63,676 nt of DNA, filler included, from Licmophora abbreviata (GCA_900291995.1; 9 parts of 9 records of this genome joined end to end with filler, not necessarily neighbours in it), one strand, 5' to 3'; numbered from the whole stretch's first letter, positions 48,290 through 59,586 are shown. The notes: a model not told the origin generated them from the sequence alone. A program made the numbers and translations.

Positions 48290-50870
48290 ATGTCGCCTCA
48301 ATCAGGTGTCAAAATCGGAGAAGTGTCGACAAGAAGCGACGCAGCGACGCATCATCAACCGAATGGTGATGAAGCAGCCACCAGGATCCCGTCCATTTCG
48401 TTCCGGAAACAACATGGAGAACTTGCGAAGTTTGACGTAATTTCTGATCCTGGCTCTTCTGATAGTCGATTTTTTCTTCAGAAGTGTCAGCTACCACCGC
48501 ACGAAGAATTTCATCCCGTCGAAATGTTTGTTGCCGACGCCGTCGCCTCGAAGGAAGGACAAGACGGCGGCGACGCGAGTCGAGGCTACCAGTCAGTTTT
48601 GCAAGCTCTTCGTAGACGTGATGATCCGCCCACATTACGGAAGGTGCTCCTGGCACTGCGGACAGCAGGGAAAGGGTCGACTCTCCACCAGATAACATCG
48701 GGGTCTTCACGGCACGCCCACTTGGTTCATCTCTTGTTCCGACTCGACCCGTTCGCTACCCCTGCGGCTCTCCAGCAAACGCCATCAGAGGAACTGATAG
48801 CCAAGGAGCTTGAGATGCTCAAGCCCATTCGAGATTTTTCTCTTGCCGACTCTCACTTGCATTTGTTATTGGCGTTGGTCAGTGCCAACTCTACATTTTT
48901 GAGCCCTGGTTTGAACGCTTTGTGGCGAATGGCTCATTTTGATCTCGACGAGGCCCCTCCAGAACGGTATGTATCGTAAGGTCCGCTTCGGGTTGCTCGG
49001 GGTGTGAATGCGGGACTACATGAAGTTCTGAAATCAACAATTTCTTTTGTTCTTTTGCCTTTTTAGAATGTCGCGAGTTCATGCTGCCATTGCAACAATG
49101 CTCCGGCTGTGCCCGAAGGGAAATTCGGAACTGTTTCCGATCATGGCTGCCAACTTTCCCTTTCGAACTAAGCCTGTCGGAGTCCTAACATGGTATGCCA
49201 AACAATGCTTGTACATACTGGATTATCTTCCGACAATTCACGGTCCGGTCTTGGAGCTTCTCCTCGACAAGTGTCTGGAAATCGACGTCGAAATAAGAAT
49301 CAACGGCGTCGGCGAAGTGTCGATCGACAACTCATTCGAGAACGATGCCGAGAGAAACGATGATGAAGTCGAAGAAGGAGTGTTCCAGCTTGATCTGCAT
49401 GATTCGGATGCAGACAAGTCGAGCAAGGACAACGTTGAAGAAGAAGTCGACGAAATGGCTGAAAAGGTACGGCAAATCTCATGCTGCTTGATACAGCGAG
49501 CCGCCTTCCGCCTTTTATACCCTTTCCTTACCCTTGACCACACCTTTCTTTCTATATATGCACCTGTGTTCTAGCTGGACTCGCTGATGCTGTTAGCGTT
49601 TGAGCACATAGAGCATGTCAGCCTTCGCCGGTCGGACGCCGTTCGAGATCTGTATGCAATGATTTCTCCAGTCTTTGATTCATCCATCTTGACAACGCAT
49701 CGATCCAAATTTGTACAGTTCGTTGTCTTGTTTCTCTGTGGATTGGATCGCACAACGGTATATGACACGGACCTGTATCGTGAGTTTGCTGCCAAGCTGA
49801 TTGATATTATAATGGATCCATACCGCGCTACCGTGACACGGCAAAGCGGAGCGTGCTATTTGGCCTCTTTTATTTCGAGAGCGCAGTATGTATGCCCCGA
49901 GACGGTGTGTGAAGCTATCAGCGCGTTGCTGCGATGGGCTGAGGCCTACTTGGATTCTCCCAACGGGTACGCGGCGCGACATGCATCTGACCTTCACGAG
50001 CAGTGCGAACTGCACTCGCTTTTTTATACCGTCTGCCAGGCGGCTTTCTACATAATGTGCTTTCGCGGAGTAGACGCAATGAAATACTATCGATCAGCCA
50101 AGGAGTATCATTCCAAGAGCGATGCGCATGCTGACGATGCAGGCTCAGAGTGTCCGTTTGCGGATCTCGAGCATGTCAATATAGAGCCAGAGAGATGGAA
50201 TCGGATATGTTGTCATGAGCTGCATCCACTCCGATTTTGTCTCGAGAGTGTCCGTGGCGAGTTTCTGCATGTTGCTACCATCTTCCAACTTCTGGATGTT
50301 CGTTTACTTGGCAAACTCAGGTCCGACGACTCAAAGCTTTCGACGGGTCGCTCTCGGCAGACAAAGGCGGCTGTTATTTGTACTGCGGCAACGCTTGCCA
50401 AGCGACGCATGAAGGGAGGAGTCGGTGGCTTGGGCCGCGGATCAAACCCACTCGACTCGTTCTTTCCCTTCGACCCATATCTTTTACGACATTCGTTTCG
50501 ATACATTGAACCCATGTACAAGAACTGGGAGGGGAGCATCGACGACGACGAGTCCATTGGAAGTGATAGTGACGAATTGGCCGACGACGCCAGTCAGAGT
50601 GACGGGAGTGTGAGTGGCTCTGACGTCGAGGAAGAAGAAGAAGAAGAAGACGGCAGCAAGGCTACCCATATGCCGGAGTCAATCGACAGCAATAAATTTC
50701 TCCAAGGAACGAGTCATACCTCCAATACGGCAATCGCGAGCCAGTCGACTAAGTCAGGCTATCGCTACGGATCGCAGGACGGCCCGCTGAGCAAGCAAGC
50801 TCCTCGCGAAGCTTGGGGCAACATTCTAAAACGATCTCGGGCACCCAGTATAGAAAACGGCAGCTGGTAA
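48290..50870 (+). CDS. RRN3: RNA polymerase I initiation factor RRN3; introns 48967-49066 and 49467-49574
   Basis: NFPF, CLEIDVEI, EK|LDSLM, ILTTHRSKFVQF, YLASFISRA, FYTVCQAAFYIMCFR and LDSFFPFDPYLL. Confidence 0.92.
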
Positions 50871-50973
50871 CTGTAAAAAAGTTTAAGCGCTAATCGAGTT
50901 CTCGACTTGGTAGCTAGCAATGCTTCTTGCGGCACTCGAGCCTTCACCCTTCAGAAAGTATTCCTTTCACATT

Positions 50974-51540
50974 TTACGGAGGTGGAATGGAACTCTTTTT
51001 GAGGTAGATATCGTAAACCAAAGTTGATCCAGGTTTCACAAGGCATTCTCCGTCATCTAGACAAATTCCCTTGTCGGCGAAGGCCAAGCTGGGCGGGATG
51101 ATCGCTTGCACCTTCTGACCTACAACCATGTTCAAAACCATATCGTTGATCCCTCCAATGACTGCGGTCGAGCCAACGTTGAACAAGAGTGCGTTTGACT
51201 TCCCTTCAGCGTGAGTAGCGTCAAAGATCTTCCCGTCAGTGAGGTATCCAGTGTACTCGATCGCGACAATGTCGCCCGGGTGGGGGACTGCAGCTTTCTT
51301 TGGGTCTGCGGGTTGCTTCAAGACAGCGTACTTGATTCCAGAGTCTAGATTGAACACTTGGGCGGCGGCGTTGGCTGGAGAGGACGCAGCGGAAACGCCA
51401 ATGGCAGCAGCAGTGCCGGTCGCCACATCGGCGAAGAAGGCCCGACGAGACGAGGCCCTCGGATCCAACGAGAACGCCTGCGTCTCAAACACTTGGCTGC
51501 TCCAAGCTGAAATCGCAATCACAAATAGAAAAGGGCGCAT
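50974..51540 (-). CDS. FKBP-type peptidyl-prolyl isomerase, thylakoid lumen
   Basis: Signal TQA-FSL, twin-Arg SRRAFF plus hydrophobic stretch and ANA cleavage site; YTGYLTDGKIFD, IIPPSLAF and PGSTLVYDI. Confidence 0.88.
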   Translation of the reverse strand: MRPFLFVIAISAWSSQVFETQAFSLDPRASSRRAFFADVATGTAAAIGVSAASSPANAAAQVFNLDSGIKYAVLKQPADPKKAAVPHPGDIVAIEYTGYLTDGKIFDATHAEGKSNALLFNVGSTAVIGGINDMVLNMVVGQKVQAIIPPSLAFADKGICLDDGECLVKPGSTLVYDIYLKKSSIPPP

Positions 51541-51763
51541 ACTTCGTTAAGGAATTGAGCTCGCTGTGGGAGAAAGTGCCTAGAGATGTAAGGAACAACG
51601 TGTGCCGGATCGATATTCAAGAACATGCGATCGATGATGTGTCGTCGGTGTCGTGGTACATTTTGTGGTTCACGCGCGGTGTCATCATCGTGTCAGCAAA
51701 AAACTGATCCCGCCGTCTTCCGTCGTATGATATGTGACCTTCGCGAGACCCTAGTAGAGGACG

Positions 51764-51863
51764 NNNNNNNNNNNNNNNNNNNNNNNNNNNNNNNNNNNNN
51801 NNNNNNNTTAATTAATTAANNNNNNNNNNNNNNNNNNNNNNNNNNNNNNNNNNNNNNNNNNNN
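51764..51863. other. Artificial 100-nt assembly spacer (truncates LarB)
   Basis: N-TTAATTAATTAA-N. Confidence 0.97.
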
Positions 51864-51901
51864 TTTGATTAAAAGATTGTTGTCACCCTCGACCTACTTA
51901 C

Positions 51902-52299
51902 CGGGTAGCCAGAATCGCAGTCAAGGCTTCCGCACTGCCATCGTGCTCGGCTTGTTTCGTCGTATTCACATGACGGGCCATGTCGTCGAGAATAGCGGCA
52001 AGCTGCTTTGCAGGCTTGCCCTGCGCAAATACGACCTCGGGAAAGCCTGTGCGCAAGGCTCGCGTATGATCTAAGTTTGCGAAGTCTTGCAAGGCCTCCT
52101 CTGGAGATGCTTGTGTCGCGGCCAGCAGTATGTCCTCAGCGCTTTCGACCGACAAGCTACCATCTTTAACCTGGCGAAGGACGTCGTTGAGCGAAGAAGT
52201 AAATTGTCTACTGCAAGAGTATGCCTGGGTGTTTCGGACGATATACCTCGCGAGAGAAGGGCGCAGAGGAGCTAACATGGTCGACAAGAGGCACCTCAT
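51902..52299 (-). CDS. larB: LarB/CpmA-family (NCAIR-mutase-like) protein, first exon only
   Basis: LRQVKDGSLSVESA...FANLDHTRALRTGFPEVVFAQGK...ILATR is the characteristic LarB N-terminal region. It is followed by a GTAAGT donor and has a mitochondrial-type presequence. Confidence 0.82.
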
Positions 52300-52615
52300 T
52301 GAACTTTTGCTGCTAGACTAGTTCGGGCTTCTTCATCATCGTCATTTTGTTGGACCGACGTTATGCTGTTTCAAACTGACGTCACTCATGACTCATGAAT
52401 GCTTGCGTGAGACGAGAGAATGAAGGAGCGCGAGAGCGCCACGAGAGTGAGTGAATCGTGTGAAACCCGCCAAATTCAGCACGACTCGACTCACATGTGA
52501 TTGATTGACACACTAGCACTCACAGTTTACTGAAGCGACGTACGTTGACACCATCACTTCGTTCCCAATAAACCCGAGTCACCCTCTCTACCGTAACCCA
52601 CCTTATACTTGGAAG

Positions 52616-53500
52616 ATGATTCCTGGATTGTCTCTTGCTGCCTGCATGCTTTGCATGTTCTCGGCGCTGCCGAAAGTATCGGCGGAGTCGACTTGGGGCT
52701 TTCCTGCCTTTGAGATCATCGACTTGCAGACTCACCCGAAAATCGCGGATCTCAGTGCTCAGAGAATCTCCTCGTATGTCACCTCGAGCGCTGACACGTT
52801 CAATCTTATTCCGGAGGATGCACTTCAACATCGCGAGACCCCCAAGGCTATCATTATCATGGGCGGACCTGCATCCGGAAAAGGGACTCAATGCGAACGA
52901 ATAGCAGCGCATTACGACTTAATACATTTGTCAACCGGTGATATGCTTCGTGATCATGTCGCTCGTCACTCGTCATCTGGCGTTGGGGCAGTTGCAAAGG
53001 CACACATGAACGATGGAAAGCTGGTGCCCGATGACGTTATCATAGAAATAGTCATGAGACGTATTTCGCAACCTGATTGCACCGAAAAAGGATGGTTGTT
53101 GGACGGATTTCCCCGAACACCAGCGCAAGCGCAAGCTTTGCTGTCGAAGGGTATCGCGGTGGATCTTTTTCTCTTCCTAAGTGTTCCCGACGATGAGCTC
53201 ATGAATCGAGTCTTGGGCCGGCGCATTGACCCGGAGACAGGGAAGATCTACCACTTGATGTTTCGCCCACCTCCAGAGGACGTACTCGACCGACTTGTGC
53301 AGCGTGGCGACGACACAGAAGAGAAGATGAGAAACCGTCTTGCGCAATTTCATGCAAACGTGGGGTCGGTAAGACGATTCTTTGAAAACGTTCTTGTAGA
53401 GATCAACGGATCAGGACATCCCGACAGTGTTACGGATCAAATTGTGGATGCAATCCGTCTAGGGGCAACAAATGTGACAGATAGAATAATAGCACAATAG
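52616..53500 (+). CDS. adk: Adenylate kinase (plastid-type short LID) with signal peptide
   Basis: GGPASGKGTQC, HLSTGDMLR, GKLVPD, GWLLDGFPRT, RRIDPETGKIYH and QRGDDTEEK. Confidence 0.93.
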   Translation: MIPGLSLAACMLCMFSALPKVSAESTWGFPAFEIIDLQTHPKIADLSAQRISSYVTSSADTFNLIPEDALQHRETPKAIIIMGGPASGKGTQCERIAAHYDLIHLSTGDMLRDHVARHSSSGVGAVAKAHMNDGKLVPDDVIIEIVMRRISQPDCTEKGWLLDGFPRTPAQAQALLSKGIAVDLFLFLSVPDDELMNRVLGRRIDPETGKIYHLMFRPPPEDVLDRLVQRGDDTEEKMRNRLAQFHANVGSVRRFFENVLVEINGSGHPDSVTDQIVDAIRLGATNVTDRIIAQ

Positions 53501-53556
53501 ATCAAGTTTTCCGACGTATAAGCGCAATATCTACAATCATTGTTGTTCAATAGATG

Positions 53557-54186
53557 TTATCTCCGTCGCATGCCATTCGGAATGTCAACGAGACTTCGGC
53601 GCGGAGGCGAATACGCTTTGTCAGAGGAAGCATCGCTCTCAGCATTATCTAGTTTCGGGTTGCCTCCTGAAACAAACCACTCATCACCAGTCAGTGCTGA
53701 AGTTGGATTTCCCGTCGTCTCGGATCCGTCCTCGCTGGTGCTGCGTTGTGTCTCCGATATTGCGCCTGACGAAAACCACCCTCGACACGCTTGGTCCATA
53801 ATCTCCGAGCGCATGGCACTTTCTTCTGGGCTGTCCGAGAAGGAGCATCCCACCCCAAACATTGTGAAGTTTGCATCTACCTTATCACCCTTGGATACAC
53901 TCTTCATAATTTTGGCGAATCTTTCGTAATTGTCCCATGCCGATTGAAGCTCTACGAATCGATTGTGCAAGTCTGCCTTGGTGTAGGAATCTGCGGACTT
54001 GTCTGGATGAACGGAATGGACCTCCTCCAAGTACGATTTTCTTAGTTCGTCATACGTGTAGATCGAGTGATCAAGCTTTCGATGCGCGTCTGGTCCTTTC
54101 CCACAGTATCGTCCGCCATACAAGAGTCTGACCAGTTCCTGCTTGGCTTTTTTCGCGGAGGTCGCTGACGCTGCCCGAGAATTCAT
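53557..54186 (-). CDS. J-domain (DnaJ-like) protein
   Basis: ELRKSYLEEVHSVHPDK...FVELQSAWD. Confidence 0.7.
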   Translation of the reverse strand: MNSRAASATSAKKAKQELVRLLYGGRYCGKGPDAHRKLDHSIYTYDELRKSYLEEVHSVHPDKSADSYTKADLHNRFVELQSAWDNYERFAKIMKSVSKGDKVDANFTMFGVGCSFSDSPEESAMRSEIMDQACRGWFSSGAISETQRSTSEDGSETTGNPTSALTGDEWFVSGGNPKLDNAESDASSDKAYSPPRRSLVDIPNGMRRR

Positions 54187-54731
54187 TGTAGAGCATCGGG
54201 GAAGAAAAAAGAATGCAGATCAAAAAGAAAATAAAGCGCGTTCACTCTTGCAGTGCCATATACAAACACAGTCTCGTCTTCTAACTTCCCTGTCCCCGCG
54301 GCCATCTTTATGACCGCAGCACAGCGGCAAAAGCGGCAACATGGTCATCATCACAACAGCTCGACAAAAAGAGTTGAGTCGAGTGAGTCAAGCACAGTGA
54401 GTCAGATGCTGATTGCGTCTAATTTTATGTCGTATGCGACACTAAGAACGTCACGCTTTGAGAGTCGCCATAAATATCTTTGGACGTCATCCTCGCGTTC
54501 ACAATTGCAAAACTGCTTGGGAAGGATTGGGAGGCTCGAGAACAAAAAATGCATGCGACGATGGCTGACGATGCGGTGGCGAACGGTTTGCAAGACCAGC
54601 ACAGCCCTACACCAAGTGAATCCTTCTCACGCGTTTTTGAATCCGGTGCTTTCCAGATGGCTCGAGCAAAAACTCATCTACAATCTTGATCGCTCTTACT
54701 TGCGAGGCCGCATAAAATTGTAGATTCCAGA

Positions 54732-55982
54732 ATGAGTGAGCCGTCAACTTCGATTCCCCGCGACGTAGAGCCCGAGATGCATGATGTCGAGCTCTTTTCT
54801 CCTCAAGGAGGCGTTGGCGAACTTGAAGAAAAAGAGGCAGACCCGATGGACGACTTTCAAACGACTCGTTGGTCCATGTGGAAGAAGATACTCCTGGGAT
54901 TGGGGCTGCTCGGTTTCGTTGTCTTTGTGATTGTCGATTCTACGACCACCGGCCATCTGCGCGATGGCATTGAATCTTTCTTGGACTGGGTGGAACAGAA
55001 TCCTGTTGGCGGAATGTTCCTATTTACATTAGTCTACTTTGTGGCGACAAGTAAGTTTCAAACGTATTTCTAGCGGCGATAGAGTGCAATCGCCTGAAGC
55101 CCCTTTCTGATATTCGCTTGTGTACAGTTCTGTTCATTCCAGGTTCAATCCTTACTCTTGGTGCGGGCTTTGTTTTCGGCGACGCGTTCGGACTTGGTGT
55201 AGGACTGCTGATTGGAACTCTATCAGTGTTCTTCGGGGCGAGCGCTGGCTCAATTGTCGCCTTTTATTTGGGACGGTACCTTCTTCGAACTCCAGTCCAG
55301 CGGCTTACGAAGAAGTACGCAATATTCGAAGCACTTGATGTTGGTACGTTCAACGCAACAGTCGTGTGGTGTTGACCCTCTCGATATGTCAGCCTTACAT
55401 ATGACACTCCATTCTCGCTCGTCCATTGTCACAGCCTTGAAAGAAAAGGGCTTCCGCATCATGTCGTTGCTGCGACTGTCTCCTATTATCCCATTCAACG
55501 CCGTCAACTATATTCTAGGAGTGACCGCCGTGAGTGCGACCGCGTACTGTCTCTCTCTCTTTGCGATTCTCCCTGGAACAATCCTATTTGTCTTTCTTGG
55601 TGCCTCCGCCAGCTCCTTAATGGACAGTTCCAGCAGTGGCAGCAACAAGACTGTCACGATCATTGTGGTAGTGGTAGGCGTCGTGTTCGGGATCCTCGCG
55701 ATTTGTCTCACGTCGTACTACGCTAAGAAGGAGCTGAACAAGGTAAGGCTATTACGTAGGATTTGCGGTGGATGTTTCCTTGCACTACATATGACATGCA
55801 TCTGACGCCTCAAGCTCCGCTTCTCTGTATAGGTAATTCACGATCGGGAGGCAGCTACCAGCCACACTGTGGTTCCCGATGACGCGGAAGAAGAGAAAAG
55901 TACGCAGGAGAGTGAGGTCAGTCCTGTTGACCTAGAATCGCAGGTCTCTGAAGAAGTAGAAGACGACGAACTAGAAGCATGA
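54732..55982 (+). CDS. TVP38/TMEM64 (VTT/DedA, SNARE-associated) membrane protein; introns 55051-55127, 55344-55434, 55743-55832
   Basis: LFIPGSILTLGAGFVFG, AFYLGRYLLR, LLRLSPIIPFNAVNY and LPGTILFVFLG; introns restore the frame. Confidence 0.88.
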
Positions 55983-56175
55983 TCTTCTCTGGCTGTAACA
56001 TTGTAAAAAGATGAACTGAATATTTTCAGAATTTAGTAATGTATCTCGATATGTATGGACACTATACAGAGTTCGATACTCGTAGTGATTTCGCAAGTCA
56101 TGAGGCAGATCCGTCGTCGACACACCAACAACGCCCAGCCTAATCGAGGGTGACATTCGGAAATAGCATCTCTTT

Positions 56176-56707
56176 CTACGCAGTCTCTTCGCGTGTATCC
56201 TTTCCTACCCGTTCTGCTCTCTTCAATCCAAGAAATCCCATAACGTCCACATGATCGATACCCGCTTCCTTTCGTGTACCAGGAGCCTGCAAGTCTTCCG
56301 GCATGTCACAATCCTGTAGCATGCACGGTAAGAAGTAAGAAAACGCATAACAGTCACTGCCAGTACCCATGTTCATGAGGCAAGGCATCTCTCACCTCAA
56401 TTCCTTCAGCACACGGCATGCTCTTGATCCACTTGCTGGCCACAAATGTCGCGGCCTCCGCTGTGGCCATAGCACAGTCGTCGTCGTAGAAGTCCTGCCA
56501 GCAAGGATTTTCTTCCTCTTCTTCCGCTTCATCTGCCATGAACAACATCACTAGAGGAGACAACAAGCGCGAGCTTTCTCTTGCGGAGGACATGAGAACA
56601 AGCTGGGACGAGGACGGCGATCTTGACACCCATCCATGACAGCGCGTAGTTGCGGATCCTAGAAGCAACACCACCGCTACGAAACTGCGCAGAATTCTCG
56701 AAACCAT
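56176..56707 (-). CDS. Small acidic Cys-containing plastid-targeted protein; intron 56314-56395
   Basis: Signal peptide CHG-WVS, Ser-rich transit peptide and mature EEENPCWQDFYDDDC...MPCAEGIE|DCDMPEDL...DVMGFLGLKRAE. Confidence 0.72.
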
Positions 56708-56814
56708 TCGTTCTACCAATACAGATCGACCTATACTTAAGCGCACTCAATAGATTGTCTTTTTCACGAGAGGAACGACAGCCCCTGGGCTTCTCATTCT
56801 CATCGTCACGTCGC

Positions 56815-56860
56815 CGTCAAATGAATCCGAAGAACAGCGTCAAATGAAATCCGAAGAACA
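56815..56860. repeat. Tandem 22/23-nt direct repeat CGTCAAATGAA(A)TCCGAAGAACA in the upstream region
   Basis: Copies at 56815-56836 and 56838-56860. Confidence 0.85.
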
Positions 56861-56960
56861 CAGAGACCCCGAGCCCGCGGGCACGACGAGCTCGGAAATG
56901 CTCTACTAAATCTGTCGCACATGACACCACGTGGCACGGGGTTCGACTGAAGCGAACACT

Positions 56961-57060
56961 NNNNNNNNNNNNNNNNNNNNNNNNNNNNNNNNNNNNNNNN
57001 NNNNTTAATTAATTAANNNNNNNNNNNNNNNNNNNNNNNNNNNNNNNNNNNNNNNNNNNN
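56961..57060. other. Artificial 100-nt assembly spacer
   Basis: N-TTAATTAATTAA-N. Confidence 0.97.
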
Positions 57061-57083
57061 ACAAAGAACAGCGGGTTGACACC

Positions 57084-57539
57084 ATGAGATACGTGGCCGT
57101 CATTTGCTTTTACCTTGCGTCTCTCGCCCCCACAATGGCGTGGAGACCACTCCACGATCCTTATAGAGCGACGCTGAGCGTACTGAAATCTTCCAGTAGC
57201 GACGATCACATTGATGTTGAAGCAATTCGTGCGCGACTGGAAGATACGTATTCACACACGTACAGCGACGGCGACGACTCTGTCTTCTTGGAGTACGATG
57301 CCCTGTTTCGACTGCGAGAGGACTCGAGTCAGATAAGACTACCTTTGGAGAGCCCAGAAGAGACAAGTGACGATTGGATGGATGAGTCAGTTATGTGTGG
57401 CGAGGAGTGCGATCAGGAATGCCAGATACCGCCTGAGTTCAAGTCGCTTATAGATCCAGCGTTGGATGTAATGTCGTTCTTGGGGATCCATCGCGCGCAA
57501 CCAATACGAGTCGAAAGGCGACCAGACGACTGGGAGTAA
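57084..57539 (+). CDS. Small acidic Cys-containing plastid-targeted protein
   Basis: Signal peptide TMA-WRP, acidic body and C-terminal CGEECDQECQIPPEF...DVMSFLGIHRAQ. Confidence 0.7.
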   Translation: MRYVAVICFYLASLAPTMAWRPLHDPYRATLSVLKSSSSDDHIDVEAIRARLEDTYSHTYSDGDDSVFLEYDALFRLREDSSQIRLPLESPEETSDDWMDESVMCGEECDQECQIPPEFKSLIDPALDVMSFLGIHRAQPIRVERRPDDWE

Positions 57540-57934
57540 GAAAACGACACTTCCCCGTTCGTCCTGGCTATCGTATGGCAACTAAGCTTTTACGCCATGA
57601 TGAATCATTCCGAGCTGCCTCAAAACAGACAAGTATGTATCACTCTGACAAGCTATAAATTTGTTTTACTAGACTATTGCAACATACTCTTCGGCAAGCC
57701 GCACATGTTCAGTGCTCCGTAATGCACTGGCATTAGAATAGTTTAGGATTTCCACAAGATATCGATCACATCACGGCCCTCATGCGGCTCTGCTCAGACT
57801 GAGCGGTTCGGAGCTCGGACCTCTTACATCATACGCAACGACGCCGCGATGGCACGATGCACTTCATTTCGTCGCCAGTGTCGAAAGGTGCCCTGCCTCC
57901 CATGACAATTCCCGTTTCTCTTGCCTTCTGTCGC

Positions 57935-58497
57935 ATGTCATCGCGCCTGCATCCAAGACTGTTGGGTTCGCATCGGTTTAGCATATCGTCAAGCTGTCGC
58001 TGGCGAACCACTGATCTCGCTTGTGGGCCATCGACACATGCGTCATCTATGTTTCGGAATACCGCTCTGGCGAGTGTCAAAGGACCCGTTATTTGTCATC
58101 CGGCAGCAAGCGAGATGGTACGACCTTTCTGCAGAGGTTTCTGGGTCCAAAAGAAATTCCGCCGAGATGGACGCCGAGATGGTATGGTGAGATGTTACTG
58201 CTTTGCACCGTTTTTGCCATTACTGGATCATCAACAATGGTCTTGGTACGCCCGGCCATGACGACGGGATTAGGCCTCAAGGGAAACTTGAAGGACGGTC
58301 CGTGGTCATATCGGATCTGCTCGATTGTCATCATGACGCCTCTCTACGCTTCGTTGTTGGTCGTAGTTGGGACAGTGTTTGGTCGTCATTTCTATTTCAA
58401 GCACTTTGCTGTCAAGATGTTCAGTCGATTTGGGATCCCTCCGGAGCTTATGGACAAGAACTTTGCACGCACCTCAAAGAACTTTCGCAAGTATTAA
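57935..58497 (+). CDS. Small two-TM protein, DUF6787-like, with probable mitochondrial presequence; apparent 1-nt frameshift at ~58080
   Basis: VFAITGSSTMVLVRP...YRICSIVIMTPLYASLLVVVGTVFGRHFYFKHFAVKMFSRFG. The presequence-like MSSRLHPRLL... lies in the adjacent frame. Confidence 0.6.
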
Positions 58498-58728
58498 ATA
58501 GTGACTTCCTGGAGATTAAAGGATTGCTTGCCTGTTTGTTCCTCTATCAGAGTATAGCTAGAGAGAGTACCCGATAATTTCGTCTATAGGCTCGGTCTTG
58601 CCTGCAACACAGACTTAATTGCTATGCTTGTAACTTTCACATATGACAGGATGAAGCGACTTAGAAGGTAGAGGTTGGACGCGTCACAACTCGTCTCATC
58701 ACTCTCTCGCTAAAGCTTTTCCTTCACG

Positions 58729-58828
58729 NNNNNNNNNNNNNNNNNNNNNNNNNNNNNNNNNNNNNNNNNNNNTTAATTAATTAANNNNNNNNNNNNNNNN
58801 NNNNNNNNNNNNNNNNNNNNNNNNNNNN
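58729..58828. other. Artificial 100-nt assembly spacer (most of SF3B1 missing)
   Basis: N-TTAATTAATTAA-N. Confidence 0.97.
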
Positions 58829-59438
58829 GGTGCAGAGCCGTGAAATGCGTGTCTGTACCACGGTGGCGATTGCCATTGTCTCAGAGACATGTGGTCCATT
58901 CACAGTGCTACCCGCTCTCATGAACGAATACCGCGTGCCCGAACTGAATATCCAGAATGGAGTTCTCAAGTCGATGAGCTTCATGTTTGAGTACATTGGC
59001 GAGATGGGCAAGGGTTATGTCTATGCTGTTACACCTTTGCTAGAGGATGCGCTCATGGAACGTGATCCTGTGCATCGCCAGACGGCCTGTGCCGCCGTCA
59101 AACACTTGTCGCTGGGCGTGGCGGGACTTGGCTGCGAGGATGCGCTGTTGCACTTGCTCAATCTGGTGTGGCCGAATATCTTTGAGGAGAGTCCTCACGT
59201 CATTCAAGCCGTTATGGATGCCATCCAAGGTCTGATGGTGGCACTTGGCCCGAATATCATTCTCCAATACACGCTTCAAGGTCTGTATCACCCTGCCCGC
59301 AAGGTGCGCGAGGCTTACTGGAAGGTGTTTAATCTGCTGTATATTCACGCGGCCGACGCACTCGTCATGGGATATCCCAATCTGGAAAACGAAGCCGAGA
59401 ACACGTACGCTCGCACTTCCCTTGAGCTGTTCATCTAG
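58829..59438 (+). CDS. SF3B1: Splicing factor 3B subunit 1, C-terminal fragment
   Basis: [55 protein letters not shown]...[15 protein letters not shown]. Confidence 0.96.
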
Positions 59439-59586
59439 GCAATCATCACTGGAAGTTTCATTTTACTTTGGTAGTACATGACTGTCAGAAGCTTGTTAAA
59501 TCAACTAATTAAATCTGGAAACATTGAGATCGTGCGTCTATGGCACTTGTGGTGGTGGCTCATCATATGGCGGACCCCGAATTCGA

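Noticed and set aside
54253..54723. ORFs between the J-protein and TVP38 genes
   Set aside because: They have non-ATG starts and no recognisable motifs, and they overlap a region carrying the promoter motif.
56930..56960. GGTTCGACT as a tRNA T-loop
   Set aside because: The flanks do not form a T-stem and no cloverleaf is evident.
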